This document shows, piece after piece, positions 1 to 9,792 of a stretch of 64,000 bases of DNA (the stretch's first letter is position 1; every line of letters begins with the position of its first letter). A model generated the notes under the pieces. It worked only from the letters and a program-made list of their open reading frames with translations. It was not told the origin of the DNA and ran no database searches. The translations under genes and the position numbers were made by a program. The stretch lies in contig JAHZEA010000005.1 of NCBI GenBank assembly GCA_019422065.1, positions 82,941 through 146,940 of the forward strand, in the 5' to 3' direction. Origin of the DNA: Lachnospiraceae bacterium (lineage in GTDB: Bacteria; Bacillota; Clostridia; Lachnospirales; Anaerotignaceae).

Positions 1-1
1 T

Positions 2-871
2 ACAAAAACCGGCTTTCCTTACGAAGTTATGCGTCAGCTTGAAGAAGTAAACGGAGATATGGGATTTTTAGGCAATCTTGCTGCTTCCGGTACTGAAATT
101 ATAAATATATTAGGTGATGAGCATGTTCGCACAGGCTTTCCTATTGTATACACATCAGCCGACAGTGTAATGCAGATAGCCGCTCACGAAGATATAGTTC
201 CTGTTGAAAAGCTTTATGAAATATGCCAAAATGCAAGAAAAATACTTACCGGCCCTTATGCCGTTGCAAGAGTTATAGCACGGCCTTTTACAGGTACAAG
301 CGGAAATTATACCAGAACAAAAAACAGACGTGATTTTTCACTTGAGCCAACAGGAGAAACAATACTTGATGTGATATCATCCAAAGGCGAAGATGTTATT
401 GCCATAGGCAAAATAGAGGACATTTTCCAGCACAGAGGCATAACTTTAGCCGACCATACAACAAACAATAACGACGGCATAGAAAAAACAATAGAATACA
501 TTAAAAAGCCTTCCAATGGACTTATATTTACAAACTTAGTTGATTTTGATATGGTTTACGGCCACAGAAACGATATTGACGGATATAAAAAAGGCCTTGA
601 ATATTTCGACTCAAAGCTGCCTGAGATTTTAGACGCTCTTAATGACGATGACATGCTTTTTATTACAGCAGACCATGGCTGTGACCCTACAACACCAAGC
701 ACCGACCATTCAAGGGAATACGTTCCTATATTGTGCTATGGCAAAAAAGCAAAAAGCGGAATAAACTTAGGCACAAGAAGCACTTTTGCTGATTTAGGAA
801 AAACAATTCTTGACTATCTTGAAATAAAAAACAGCCTGCCGGGAACATCATTTCTTAATGAAATTATATAA
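2..871 (+). CDS. deoB: phosphopentomutase, 5' end outside window
   Basis: The frame is open from base 2 (TKTGFPYEV precedes the listed Met). The C-terminal core ...[26 protein letters not shown]... is typical of metal-dependent phosphopentomutase. Confidence 0.85.
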   Translation, partial: TKTGFPYEVMRQLEEVNGDMGFLGNLAASGTEIINILGDEHVRTGFPIVYTSADSVMQIAAHEDIVPVEKLYEICQNARKILTGPYAVARVIARPFTGTSGNYTRTKNRRDFSLEPTGETILDVISSKGEDVIAIGKIEDIFQHRGITLADHTTNNNDGIEKTIEYIKKPSNGLIFTNLVDFDMVYGHRNDIDGYKKGLEYFDSKLPEILDALNDDDMLFITADHGCDPTTPSTDHSREYVPILCYGKKAKSGINLGTRSTFADLGKTILDYLEIKNSLPGTSFLNEII

Positions 872-882
872 GGAGAAAAATA

Positions 883-1053
883 ATGGTTGAACGAATTAAA
901 ATTAAAGAAATAAAGGACTCCCCTGCTAATGGCATGTATATTACAAAAAAAGACGCCGGAATTATGCTTTTTTCATCTGCTATATTAATTGCACTTATAG
1001 CTGTTAAAACAAAGATTTCGACAGCTATAAAAATGTATTATCTATTAAAATAA
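883..1053 (+). CDS. small hypothetical membrane protein (56 aa), below the ORF-track cutoff
   Basis: ATG at 883 lies 7 nt after aggag (871-875). Product is MVERIKIKEIKDSPANGMYITKKDAGIMLFSSAILIALIAVKTKISTAIKMYYLLK, with one hydrophobic helix. No family recognised. Confidence 0.35.
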   Translation: MVERIKIKEIKDSPANGMYITKKDAGIMLFSSAILIALIAVKTKISTAIKMYYLLK

Positions 1054-1142
1054 GTCCTAAGACTAAAAAGAATAAAATTATTGCGGTTTGCAATTTACTA
1101 AAGTATAATAGTTTTTAGTATTTTCACGAAAGGACGAGCATT

Positions 1143-2240
1143 ATGAAATTAGGTATCGTAGGACTTCCAAATGTAGGAAAGTCCACATTATTCAACTCTA
1201 TGACACTTGGAAAGGCAGAGGCAGCAAACTACCCTTTCTGCACAATAGACCCTAACGTAGGCGTTGTTGCTGTGCCGGATAAACGTCTTGACAGGCTTAC
1301 AGCACTTTATAACTCAGCAAAAACAACACCGGCTGTTATTGAATTTGTAGACATTGCCGGCCTTGTAAAAGGCGCAAGCAAAGGCGAAGGTTTAGGCAAT
1401 AAGTTTTTAAGCCATATCCGCGAGGTTGACGCTATAGTGCATGTTGTGCGCTGTTTTGAAGATGCTAATGTTGTGCATGTAGACGGAAGCGTCGACCCAG
1501 TTAGAGATATTGAAACTATAAATCTTGAGCTTATATTCTCAGACCTTGAGATACTTGAAAGACGCATTGCAAAAACTACAAAAAGCCTTATGGGCAATAA
1601 ATCACTTAAAAAGGAGCTTGATGTGCTTAAAAAGCTTCAGGAAGGCCTTGAAAAAGGCATATGCGCAAGAATGATTCCTTTTGACGACCCAGACGACGCA
1701 GCTTTTGTAGACACCCTTGACCTTCTTACATCAAAGCCAGTGCTCTATGCCGCAAATGTAGCCGAAGACGACCTTGCTGACGACGGAGCTTCTAACGAAA
1801 ACGTACAGGCAGTACGTGAGTACGCTGCAAAAGACGGTTCAGAGGTATTTGTGCTTTGTGCAAAAATAGAAGAAGAAATTTCAGAGCTTGACAACGATGA
1901 AAAAGAAGAATTTTTATCAGCTTTAGGCGTATCTTCCAGCGGCCTTGACAGACTTATTAAAGCCAGCTACAAGCTCCTTGGTCTTATAAGCTATCTTACA
2001 TCAGGCCCAGACGAAACAAGAGCATGGACTATTAAAAACGGAACAAAAGCACCTCAGGCTGCAGGTAAAATTCATACAGACTTTGAAAGAGGCTTTATCC
2101 GTGCCGAAGTTGTAGCATTTGACGACCTTGACAGACTTGGTTCAATGACAGCTGCAAAAGAGCAAGGTCTTGTGCGTTCTGAAGGTAAAGAATATGTTGT
2201 AAAAGACGGAGATGTTATACTTTTCAGATTTAACGTATAA
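1143..2240 (+). CDS. ychF: redox-regulated ribosome-binding ATPase YchF (Obg-like GTPase family)
   Basis: N-terminal P-loop MKLGIVGLPNVGKSTLFN and C-terminal TGS-like ...IHTDFERGFIRAEV...GKEYVVKDGDVILFRFNV. Length of 365 aa is typical. Confidence 0.95.
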   Translation: MKLGIVGLPNVGKSTLFNSMTLGKAEAANYPFCTIDPNVGVVAVPDKRLDRLTALYNSAKTTPAVIEFVDIAGLVKGASKGEGLGNKFLSHIREVDAIVHVVRCFEDANVVHVDGSVDPVRDIETINLELIFSDLEILERRIAKTTKSLMGNKSLKKELDVLKKLQEGLEKGICARMIPFDDPDDAAFVDTLDLLTSKPVLYAANVAEDDLADDGASNENVQAVREYAAKDGSEVFVLCAKIEEEISELDNDEKEEFLSALGVSSSGLDRLIKASYKLLGLISYLTSGPDETRAWTIKNGTKAPQAAGKIHTDFERGFIRAEVVAFDDLDRLGSMTAAKEQGLVRSEGKEYVVKDGDVILFRFNV

Positions 2241-2435
2241 AAAGAAACAATATTCTGATACGTAATATTGCTACATTTTATTTGTTTAAACGTGTTATAA
2301 TTTGTATATATGCACAATTTTTTATGAACAAAATTCTATTTAGGAAAATGCAGTGACTGTAATATAATTTACTTAAAAGTTGTAAAATATTATTAAAAGG
2401 TAAGTGGCGTATTTATGTGATGGGGAGTGATTTTA

Positions 2436-3458
2436 ATGGTAAAATTAGAAACATTCGATTACAACGAACTCATTAAACATCGTGGCACAAAAAAATGTGG
2501 TTTTCATGAAATAGGTCTTAAACCAGACGGCTCAATGATGAAAATCCCTTACGTTATTGTTGTTGGCGAGGAAGAAGGTCCTACTTTGCTTATGGATGGC
2601 GGTATCCATGGCGATGAGGTAGAAGGCGCCGAGGCTATAGCAAATGTATATAACGAGCTTGACCCTAAGAAATTCAAAGGCGTATACATTGGTATACCAC
2701 ATCTTAATCTTGAAGGATTTAACATAGGCAAACGTGTTGCAAGCTCAATAGACTATACCGCTGCTGACATGAATCGCGTATTCCCAGGCGATGATGTAAG
2801 TGGCAAAATAAGCACAACAATAATAGCAAAATACGTTAAGCTTTTTGTAGAGTACGCTGATTACTGGGTTACATTCCACAGCGGCGGAAATACACTTTAT
2901 CTTGAACCTATAGCATGCTATACAAATACTAAGTTAGACACTGTATTTGGTTCTTTAACTTATGATATGGCACGCTGCTTTATGACACCTTACCTTTGGA
3001 GATGCAATCCAGGCGCAAGCAAAGAAGGAAGCACAGCTACAATGCGCGGACTTTCCGAAGTTAAGAAAATTGCGTACATATGCCTTGAAATGGGCGGTAA
3101 TGTAATGTTCATGAAAGACAGAGAAAGAATCTACAAAATGTGTCATGACGGCATTAAAAACCTCCTTAACTATTTAAAGATGACAGACGGACCTGTTCCT
3201 GAATTCAGAACAGACACCATAGATGTTGACGTTGATTACCTTCACATTACCCACGGCGGTATTTACCATCCTACAAAATATATATTTGACCGTGTTAAAA
3301 AAGGCGAAGTTCTTGGTTATGTTACAGACATATTCGGCAATAAAATTGATGAAAGAACAGCTCCTTATGACGGCATTGTAGTAGGCACATGGACTCCACC
3401 GGTTATTCAGCCAAGAGAATGGTGCTGCTTGTTTGGTAAATTCCAAGACGAAGAATAA
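2436..3458 (+). CDS. succinylglutamate desuccinylase/aspartoacylase-family zinc deacylase (M14-like)
   Basis: GGIHGDEVEG zinc-binding motif and an overall AstE/AspA-like layout. ATG at 2436 is preferred over the GTG at 2427 because ggggag lies ~8 nt upstream. Confidence 0.7.
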   Translation: MVKLETFDYNELIKHRGTKKCGFHEIGLKPDGSMMKIPYVIVVGEEEGPTLLMDGGIHGDEVEGAEAIANVYNELDPKKFKGVYIGIPHLNLEGFNIGKRVASSIDYTAADMNRVFPGDDVSGKISTTIIAKYVKLFVEYADYWVTFHSGGNTLYLEPIACYTNTKLDTVFGSLTYDMARCFMTPYLWRCNPGASKEGSTATMRGLSEVKKIAYICLEMGGNVMFMKDRERIYKMCHDGIKNLLNYLKMTDGPVPEFRTDTIDVDVDYLHITHGGIYHPTKYIFDRVKKGEVLGYVTDIFGNKIDERTAPYDGIVVGTWTPPVIQPREWCCLFGKFQDEE

Positions 3459-3503
3459 TAAATATAAAAAGAATCCCTGTTAAATTAATCCAATTCACAC
3501 ATA

Positions 3504-3540
3504 AACGGAAACAGTGTTTAAGCGCTGTTTCCGTTTTTTA
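3504..3540. terminator. bidirectional rho-independent terminator
   Basis: aacggaaacag...ctgtttccgtt stem followed by a T-run, located between convergent genes. Confidence 0.6.
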
Positions 3541-3589
3541 TATAAATTAAATAAGCCGTCGGCTAAACCAATGGCTCTTTATTAATAAT

Positions 3590-4189
3590 TTAAAAATATG
3601 TAATTATTCGAACTATTAAATCAACTGAAAATACAATTAAAATTAAATAAAACAATAAATTAAGAACTTTAGCAGAGAGCTTCTGAAGCAGCATATTAAA
3701 AATAGGCTCAATAAAAGCAACAATTATAAGCGCACCTAAACCAAACCTTATTGATGTTGATAAAGCTATCCTTCCTTCAAAGTTTATAGCATAATCCACA
3801 TACGTCTGCCACGGCCACGAGCCTGTAAGAAATTCCAGAATATAGCTTGCAGCAAGCTCTATTAATGTGGCAATTATGGCACAAGCTAAAAATACATATA
3901 TACTGCGTTTTATATAGTCCTTAATATTGTATTTGCCTTTAAATTTTTCGCCAAAAAGCTTTATAATTATAATCGCTCCAAAACCGTATATTGGGCAGTA
4001 TGGTCCAAAAAGCACTCCTCGGTTTGAAAACCCCCATTTATACACAAAAACCTCAAGAAATACCTCATAAAGCCAGCCTAAAACCGAATAGAAAATAAAG
4101 CATAAAAACAGCTGTTTAAACTTTAAAATGCTGTTTTTACTGATTAGATTTTTAAACCCCATATATACTCCTGTTACCCGATAGGCCAA
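3590..4189 (-). CDS. polytopic membrane protein, PF06541-like (putative ABC-transporter type IV/CmpB family)
   Basis: Multiple TM helices plus WLYEV...GPYCPIYGFGA motifs. The start could instead be the internal Met at 4162. Confidence 0.6.
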   Translation of the reverse strand: MAYRVTGVYMGFKNLISKNSILKFKQLFLCFIFYSVLGWLYEVFLEVFVYKWGFSNRGVLFGPYCPIYGFGAIIIIKLFGEKFKGKYNIKDYIKRSIYVFLACAIIATLIELAASYILEFLTGSWPWQTYVDYAINFEGRIALSTSIRFGLGALIIVAFIEPIFNMLLQKLSAKVLNLLFYLILIVFSVDLIVRIITYF

Positions 4190-4725
4190 ATTTTAATTAA
4201 TTTCTTGCCGACTATTTGTTCTTTTTTTATTGCGCCTATGCTTTCCCAACGACTGTCTGTGCTGTTATCTCTATTGTCACCCATTACAAAATAGCAGTCT
4301 TGCGGCACTGTATAAGGGTACTCCATATCCCCATAAAAACCTGTTCCCTCTTTTGTATATGTTTCTGTAATAACATCTCCGTTAATAAGCACATCATACT
4401 TTCCGCTTTCGTTAGGCATAAAATCAATAGTTTCCCCTGGCAGGGCTATAACACGCTTAATTATCAGTTCATCCTCTACATCGCTATAGCTGCATATTAT
4501 AATATCCCCTCTTTTAGGTTCACTTACTTTATATGTAAGCTTATTAACAGCTATAACATTGCCATGGTAAAATGTAGGCTCCATAGATATGCCTTTAACT
4601 ACAAGAGTACCTACTGCAAAGTGCCTAAGTATTAAAGCCACCAGTAAAACTATTACTATAGATATAAGCCATTCTTTAATTTCTTTATTGCCATTCTTTT
4701 TTTTGCTTGAAACTTCCGCTTCCAT
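4174..4725 (-). CDS. lepB: signal peptidase I
   Basis: N-terminal TM helix, catalytic GISMEPT (Ser box) and GDNRDNSTDSR box. Confidence 0.9.
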   Translation of the reverse strand: MEAEVSSKKKNGNKEIKEWLISIVIVLLVALILRHFAVGTLVVKGISMEPTFYHGNVIAVNKLTYKVSEPKRGDIIICSYSDVEDELIIKRVIALPGETIDFMPNESGKYDVLINGDVITETYTKEGTGFYGDMEYPYTVPQDCYFVMGDNRDNSTDSRWESIGAIKKEQIVGKKLIKIWPIG

Positions 4726-4807
4726 GCCAAAACTCCTCTATGCTAAAAAGGCCAATAAAAAATCTGGCCTGGCAACAAACAGTCACCAGGCCCTGAATAC
4801 ACTAAAA

Positions 4808-5155
4808 TTATCTTAATACTTCTTTAACTTTAGCTGCTTTACCTACTCTGTCGCGGAGATAGTAAAGTTTAGCACGTCTAACAACGCCTTTTCTTACAAC
4901 CTCAATGCGGTCAATTCTTGGAGAGTGGATAGGCCATGTTCTTTCAACACCTACACCAGAAGCAATTCTTCTTACTGTAAATGTTTCACGGATACCGCCA
5001 TTCTGTCTTTTGATTACAACGCCTTCAAACATCTGTAATCTTTCTTTCTCACCCTCTACAACTTTAGCGTAAACACGGATTGTATCACCTACGCCAAATG
5101 CAGGAATTTCGCTTTTGAGCTGTTCAGCTTCAATGTTTTTGATAATTTCGTTCAT
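4808..5155 (-). CDS. rplS: 50S ribosomal protein L19
   Basis: [14 protein letters not shown]...[21 protein letters not shown]... The listed ORF extends 25 codons upstream into the leader. The true ATG is at 5155, preceded by aggagg. Confidence 0.95.
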   Translation of the reverse strand: MNEIIKNIEAEQLKSEIPAFGVGDTIRVYAKVVEGEKERLQMFEGVVIKRQNGGIRETFTVRRIASGVGVERTWPIHSPRIDRIEVVRKGVVRRAKLYYLRDRVGKAAKVKEVLR

Positions 5156-5268
5156 TTTGTATTCCTCCTGAAAATCAACAAATGTTCTTGCCGTATACAT
5201 ACAACGACAGCGGACCATTTTTAAACACAATTCTGAAGTATTATATCACTTTTTTTTATTATTATCAA
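5156..5268 (-). promoter_or_regulatory. rplS promoter (TTGATA-N17-TATAAT) plus ~75-nt leader, possible L19 autoregulatory leader
   Basis: On the minus strand, TTGATA lies at 5263-5268 and TATAAT at 5240-5245, with a 17-nt spacer. The leader contains a GC-rich hairpin-capable segment (ggtccgctgtcg...cggcaagaac). Confidence 0.5.
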
Positions 5269-5275
5269 GCAAAAA

Positions 5276-5788
5276 TTAATATTTTATAATAGAGTTTACT
5301 TTATAATTTTTAAGTACATCACGGCCTTTAAGACCTTCAAGCTCAATTAAAAAGCTAAGTGCCACAACTTCTGCACCCATTTCTTCTGCAAGCTCTGCCA
5401 TTGCTTTAGATGTTCCGCCTGTTGCTATAAGGTCATCTATAATAACAACCTTATCACCAGGCTTTAAAGCATCGGCATGAATCTCTATTGTAGATGTGCC
5501 ATATTCAAGGGCATATTCCTTTTTTAATGTTTTTGCAGGAAGCTTGCCAGGTTTTCTAACTGGTATAAAGCCTTTGTTAAGTTTATAGGCAACAGGCACA
5601 CCAAATATAAATCCCCTGCTTTCAGCACCAAGTACATAGTCAAACTCCAAATCTTTTAAACCTTCAGCTATACGGTCAATAGACTCCTTCATAGCTTCTG
5701 GGTTAATAAGAAGTGTTGTAATATCTCTGAATATAATGCCTTTTTGCGGAAAATCCTTAATATCGCGTATAGTAGACGCTAAATCCAT
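5276..5788 (-). CDS. apt: adenine phosphoribosyltransferase
   Basis: 170 aa with the PRPP-binding motif VVIIDDLIATGGT. Confidence 0.95.
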   Translation of the reverse strand: MDLASTIRDIKDFPQKGIIFRDITTLLINPEAMKESIDRIAEGLKDLEFDYVLGAESRGFIFGVPVAYKLNKGFIPVRKPGKLPAKTLKKEYALEYGTSTIEIHADALKPGDKVVIIDDLIATGGTSKAMAELAEEMGAEVVALSFLIELEGLKGRDVLKNYKVNSIIKY

Positions 5789-5802
5789 AAAAATACTCCT
5801 CC

Positions 5803-7563
5803 TTAAAATCTAAAATCCTTAATTTCAAGCTGTACGCTTTCCCTTCCGTTAAACCTGTTTATTCTAATACAGTAAACTATATCCATACAAATAGGAACTG
5901 CCGAACAAACAACTTCTTCAATAGTATAATTCATGCTTTCAATTAGGCTTGTGAATTTTTCGTAACCATCAAAAGATATTCCATCAATTAAATTTCTGCT
6001 GTCTTCATTATACAACATAAATTTTATTATATCTCTTTTTTTGCCTAATAGGGATACTTTTTTTATAAAAACTTTTTTTGTTCCAAAAATAGGCACCGGA
6101 CATTCTTTGCCAAAAGGCGCCAAAGCCTCTAACTGCTTTGCCAATGTTATATCTATATCATTAAACGAAAGCTCTTTTTCAATACGTATAACGCTTGTAA
6201 GGTCGTTTTGAGTTAAGGAACAGTTTTCATTAAGACGCTTTCTAAGAATATCAACATTTTCTTTTTCTAAACTCAAGCCTGCCGCCATAGGGTGACCGCC
6301 AAATTTAATAAATAAATCACTGCATTTTAAAAGCTCCTCAAATATATTGTAGGCTTCAATGCTTCTGGCTGAGCCTTTGGCAACATCGCCGCTTTGGGTA
6401 AGCATAATCACCGGTTTATAAAACATTTCCTTAATTCGTCCGGCAACTATTCCGGCTATGCTCTCATGCACACTTTCATCGTACAAAACAAGAACTCTGT
6501 CGTTTTTGAGCTCTGAATTTAAAACAAGCTCTTTTGCCCTTTCAACAGCGCCTAATGTCATTTCTTTTCTTTCGGCATTTAAGTCAACAAGCTCTTTTGC
6601 CAGCTCATAAGCCTTATTATAATCGTTTTCGGTAAAAAGCTTAACTGCCGTTGTGGCGCTTTCAAGGCGCCCTGTGGCATTAATGCATGGGCCTATTACA
6701 AAACCTGCATGGTATTCGTTTATCTCTCTGTCAGATATGCCTGTAAGATTAATTAACGCCCTCATGCCTGTATTAGTGGTTCTTGTAAGCTCTTTAAGGC
6801 CGTTTTTAACTATAATTCTGTTTTCGTCCAGCATATCCACAATATCGCATACAGTGGCTACCGCCGCAAAGGATAGAAACTCTTTGTTGTAAACAAATTC
6901 TTTATTAAATGCTTCAAAGAGCAGTTTAGAGAATTTATAACTCATAGCGCCGGCGCATAAAAACTTAAATGGATACTCGCAAAGAGGCTGTTTTGCATCT
7001 ATAACAGCATCTGCCGGCGGAAGTTTTATTATTTTTTCACTATTTTGGTTTTCGCTGTACTGGCATTCATGATGGTCTAAAACAACTGTTGTAATGCCTA
7101 ACTCTTTGGCAAGGGCTATTTCTTCCAAAGCTGCTATGCCGTTATCGCATGTTAATATAACATCAATGCCGCTTTCTTTTAGCTCCCTTACGGCATCGCA
7201 GTTCATTCCATAGCCTTCTTTCTGCCTGTGCGGCAGATAAAAAATAACATCAGCGCCTAAATGTTTGAGTGTCTTATAAAGTATAGTTGTACTCATAACA
7301 CCATCTACATCATAGTCTCCATAAACAGCTATTTTTTTACTGCTTAAAACTGCATTTTTTATAATATTGCAGCCTTTAACGGCGTCTTTAAAAAGTTTTC
7401 CGTCATAAAGACTGTTTATGTCGCAGTCCAAAAATCTTTTTGCACCGCTAAATGTGCCAATTTTTCTGTTAGCCAACACACAGGCCACAGGCTCACGCAC
7501 ATTTAAGGCTTCTGCCATTTTAGCCGTATTAACATTAGTGCGCTTAAGTTTCCAAATACTCAT
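5803..7563 (-). CDS. recJ: single-stranded-DNA-specific exonuclease RecJ
   Basis: DHH motifs (YGDYDVDG, DNGI, LDHH) and DHHA1 (GGHPMAAG). Confidence 0.9.
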   Translation of the reverse strand: MSIWKLKRTNVNTAKMAEALNVREPVACVLANRKIGTFSGAKRFLDCDINSLYDGKLFKDAVKGCNIIKNAVLSSKKIAVYGDYDVDGVMSTTILYKTLKHLGADVIFYLPHRQKEGYGMNCDAVRELKESGIDVILTCDNGIAALEEIALAKELGITTVVLDHHECQYSENQNSEKIIKLPPADAVIDAKQPLCEYPFKFLCAGAMSYKFSKLLFEAFNKEFVYNKEFLSFAAVATVCDIVDMLDENRIIVKNGLKELTRTTNTGMRALINLTGISDREINEYHAGFVIGPCINATGRLESATTAVKLFTENDYNKAYELAKELVDLNAERKEMTLGAVERAKELVLNSELKNDRVLVLYDESVHESIAGIVAGRIKEMFYKPVIMLTQSGDVAKGSARSIEAYNIFEELLKCSDLFIKFGGHPMAAGLSLEKENVDILRKRLNENCSLTQNDLTSVIRIEKELSFNDIDITLAKQLEALAPFGKECPVPIFGTKKVFIKKVSLLGKKRDIIKFMLYNEDSRNLIDGISFDGYEKFTSLIESMNYTIEEVVCSAVPICMDIVYCIRINRFNGRESVQLEIKDFRF

Positions 7564-7587
7564 TTAAAAATTCTCCTTACTATAAAA

Positions 7588-7619
7588 GCCGGCACAGGGT
7601 TTTTAAGCCCTGTTCCGGT
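7588..7619 (-). terminator. hairpin downstream of secF
   Basis: gccggcacaggg/ccctgttccggt stem with T-runs on both sides. Confidence 0.5.
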
Positions 7620-7645
7620 TTTTTGGCAAACAAGTATATATTAAA

Positions 7646-8521
7646 TTATTGTTTTTTGCCGGTAAGTGTATACCATATTGAGCCTGAAAGGAATACAGAA
7701 GAATATGCACCGCTTATAATACCAACCATCATAGGCAGAGCAAACTCTTTAACAGACTGCACACCAAATACATATACGGCACCTATGGCAAAAAGTGTTG
7801 TAAGGGATGTATATATAGACCTTCTCATTGTCTGATAAAGGCTTGTATTTATTATCTCCTCAGTACTGGAGCGGCTCATAAGTTTTTTGTTCTCACGCAC
7901 TCTGTCGAAAATAACAATAGTGGCATTAATTGAATAACCCAAAACAGTCAAAAGAGCCGCAATAAATGAGTTATTTACCGGTATTCTGAATATGGCATAA
8001 AACGCCAGCATAATAAGCACATCGTGAACAAGTGCAAGTATAGAGCTTACACCCATTTTTAAGTCCATAAACCTTATTGTAATGTAAATAAGCATAGCTA
8101 TGCAGGCTATAATAACAGCTACAGCCGCTGTTTTCTGCATTTCACCGCTTATTGTGCCGCTTATATCCTGCACACTTAATATAGCATCATCTGTTAATGA
8201 GAACTTTTCTTTAAGTGCGTTTGAAAGCTCTGTTCTTGTTTCGCTGTCCATTGACTGGGTTTTAATTGTTACGTTTTCAGTTCCTATAAGCTTTTGAACC
8301 TGTGGGTTTGACTGTCCTGTAACATCTTTAACTACCTGAACTATGTCATCGTTAGGCACATCACCCATATGCACTGTCATTTCAGTACCGCCGGTAAATT
8401 CTATATCAAAATTAAAAATTCCATTGCCTTTTGCTTGGTTAAACACCATAGCCGCTATTCCGCAAATAATAAGGATTACGGAAATAGCGAAAAACTTAAA
8501 TCTATTTTTTACTATATTCAT
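7646..8521 (-). CDS. secF: protein translocase subunit SecF
   Basis: 291 aa with six TM segments. Lies directly downstream of secD. Confidence 0.9.
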   Translation of the reverse strand: MNIVKNRFKFFAISVILIICGIAAMVFNQAKGNGIFNFDIEFTGGTEMTVHMGDVPNDDIVQVVKDVTGQSNPQVQKLIGTENVTIKTQSMDSETRTELSNALKEKFSLTDDAILSVQDISGTISGEMQKTAAVAVIIACIAMLIYITIRFMDLKMGVSSILALVHDVLIMLAFYAIFRIPVNNSFIAALLTVLGYSINATIVIFDRVRENKKLMSRSSTEEIINTSLYQTMRRSIYTSLTTLFAIGAVYVFGVQSVKEFALPMMVGIISGAYSSVFLSGSIWYTLTGKKQ

Positions 8522-8535
8522 TTCCGTTTCCTCCT

Positions 8536-9792
8536 TTAATTATTTGTTTTAACTTTTTTAACCGCGAAATATGACGGCTTATCAATACCAAGGCCAATAA
8601 TACCCATAATTATAAGTCTTGTAATTACTATAGCTGTAAACATAGAAAGTACAATACCTATCATAAGAGTTATAGCAAAGCCTTTTATTGTACCTGTACC
8701 CATAAAGTAAAGTACAGCTGCAGCTATAAGTGTAGTTATATTTCCGTCAAGTATAGCCGGAAGTGCTCTTGAAAAACTGCTCTTAACAGCTGAACGCATT
8801 GTTTTTCCGGCAGATACTTCTTCTTTAAATCTTTCAAATATAATTACATTGGCATCTACCGCCATACCAACTGAAAGTATAACACCGGCAATACCCGGAA
8901 GAGTAAGTGTTACATTAAAAATGCTTAAAACAGCAATTTCAAGACCCATGTAAATGCCAAGAGCCCAGTCAGCCGCAAAACCGCCTACTCTATATACCAA
9001 AAGCATAAAAAGCAATACTAAAGCAACACCTACAACAGCTGATTTAAGGCTTGTTTCAATGGCATTTGCTCCAAGTCTTGCGCCTATATTATTCATTTCC
9101 ATAACAGTAAGGTTAAACGGCATAGCGCCTTCTTTAATTAAGTCTGCCAATTCCTGTGCAGATTCACCGGTAAAGCTTCCGGTAATCATAGCGTTTCCGT
9201 CTGATATAACACTGTTTACAGTAGGTGCGCTTATAACTTCATCATCCATAACAATATATATTATTTTGTTAAGATTATTTTTTGTAGCCTCAGCAAATGC
9301 CGCTGTGCCTTCATCGTTAAATTTAAGTGCTACATAAGGCTGTGATGCTGAATTTTTGCTTACTGCGCCTACTTCTTTTGTTGCATCTGCAATCATGCTT
9401 CCGTCAAGGAGCACATTTCCTTCTTCATCAACAAACATAAGCTGAGCTGTTTTTCCAAGCTCTTCAATAGCTGTTTCGGCATCATCAACGCCCGGTATCT
9501 CTACCCTTATTCTGTTATTGCCTTGTCTTGCAACTTCAGCTTCTGTCCAGTTTTTCCTATCCAAACGGTTTTGTATAAGGGTAACTGCCCTTCTCATTTC
9601 GTCATCTGTTACATCTTCTTTATCGGCCTGATAAACTATTGACACACCGCCGCTTAAATCAAGGCCTCTTTTTATGTCTCTCATGCTTAACTTTCTGTCA
9701 GCGCCTATGCCTATAACGGATGTAAAACAAAGTACAGCCGCTACAACAGCAAGGACAATTAAAACAGCTAAGCTTCTGCCTTTAGTCTTCAT
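8536..9792 (-). CDS. secD: protein translocase subunit SecD
   Basis: 418 aa with an N-terminal TM helix, a large periplasmic-type domain and a C-terminal RND-like TM bundle. Confidence 0.9.
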   Translation of the reverse strand: MKTKGRSLAVLIVLAVVAAVLCFTSVIGIGADRKLSMRDIKRGLDLSGGVSIVYQADKEDVTDDEMRRAVTLIQNRLDRKNWTEAEVARQGNNRIRVEIPGVDDAETAIEELGKTAQLMFVDEEGNVLLDGSMIADATKEVGAVSKNSASQPYVALKFNDEGTAAFAEATKNNLNKIIYIVMDDEVISAPTVNSVISDGNAMITGSFTGESAQELADLIKEGAMPFNLTVMEMNNIGARLGANAIETSLKSAVVGVALVLLFMLLVYRVGGFAADWALGIYMGLEIAVLSIFNVTLTLPGIAGVILSVGMAVDANVIIFERFKEEVSAGKTMRSAVKSSFSRALPAILDGNITTLIAAAVLYFMGTGTIKGFAITLMIGIVLSMFTAIVITRLIIMGIIGLGIDKPSYFAVKKVKTNN

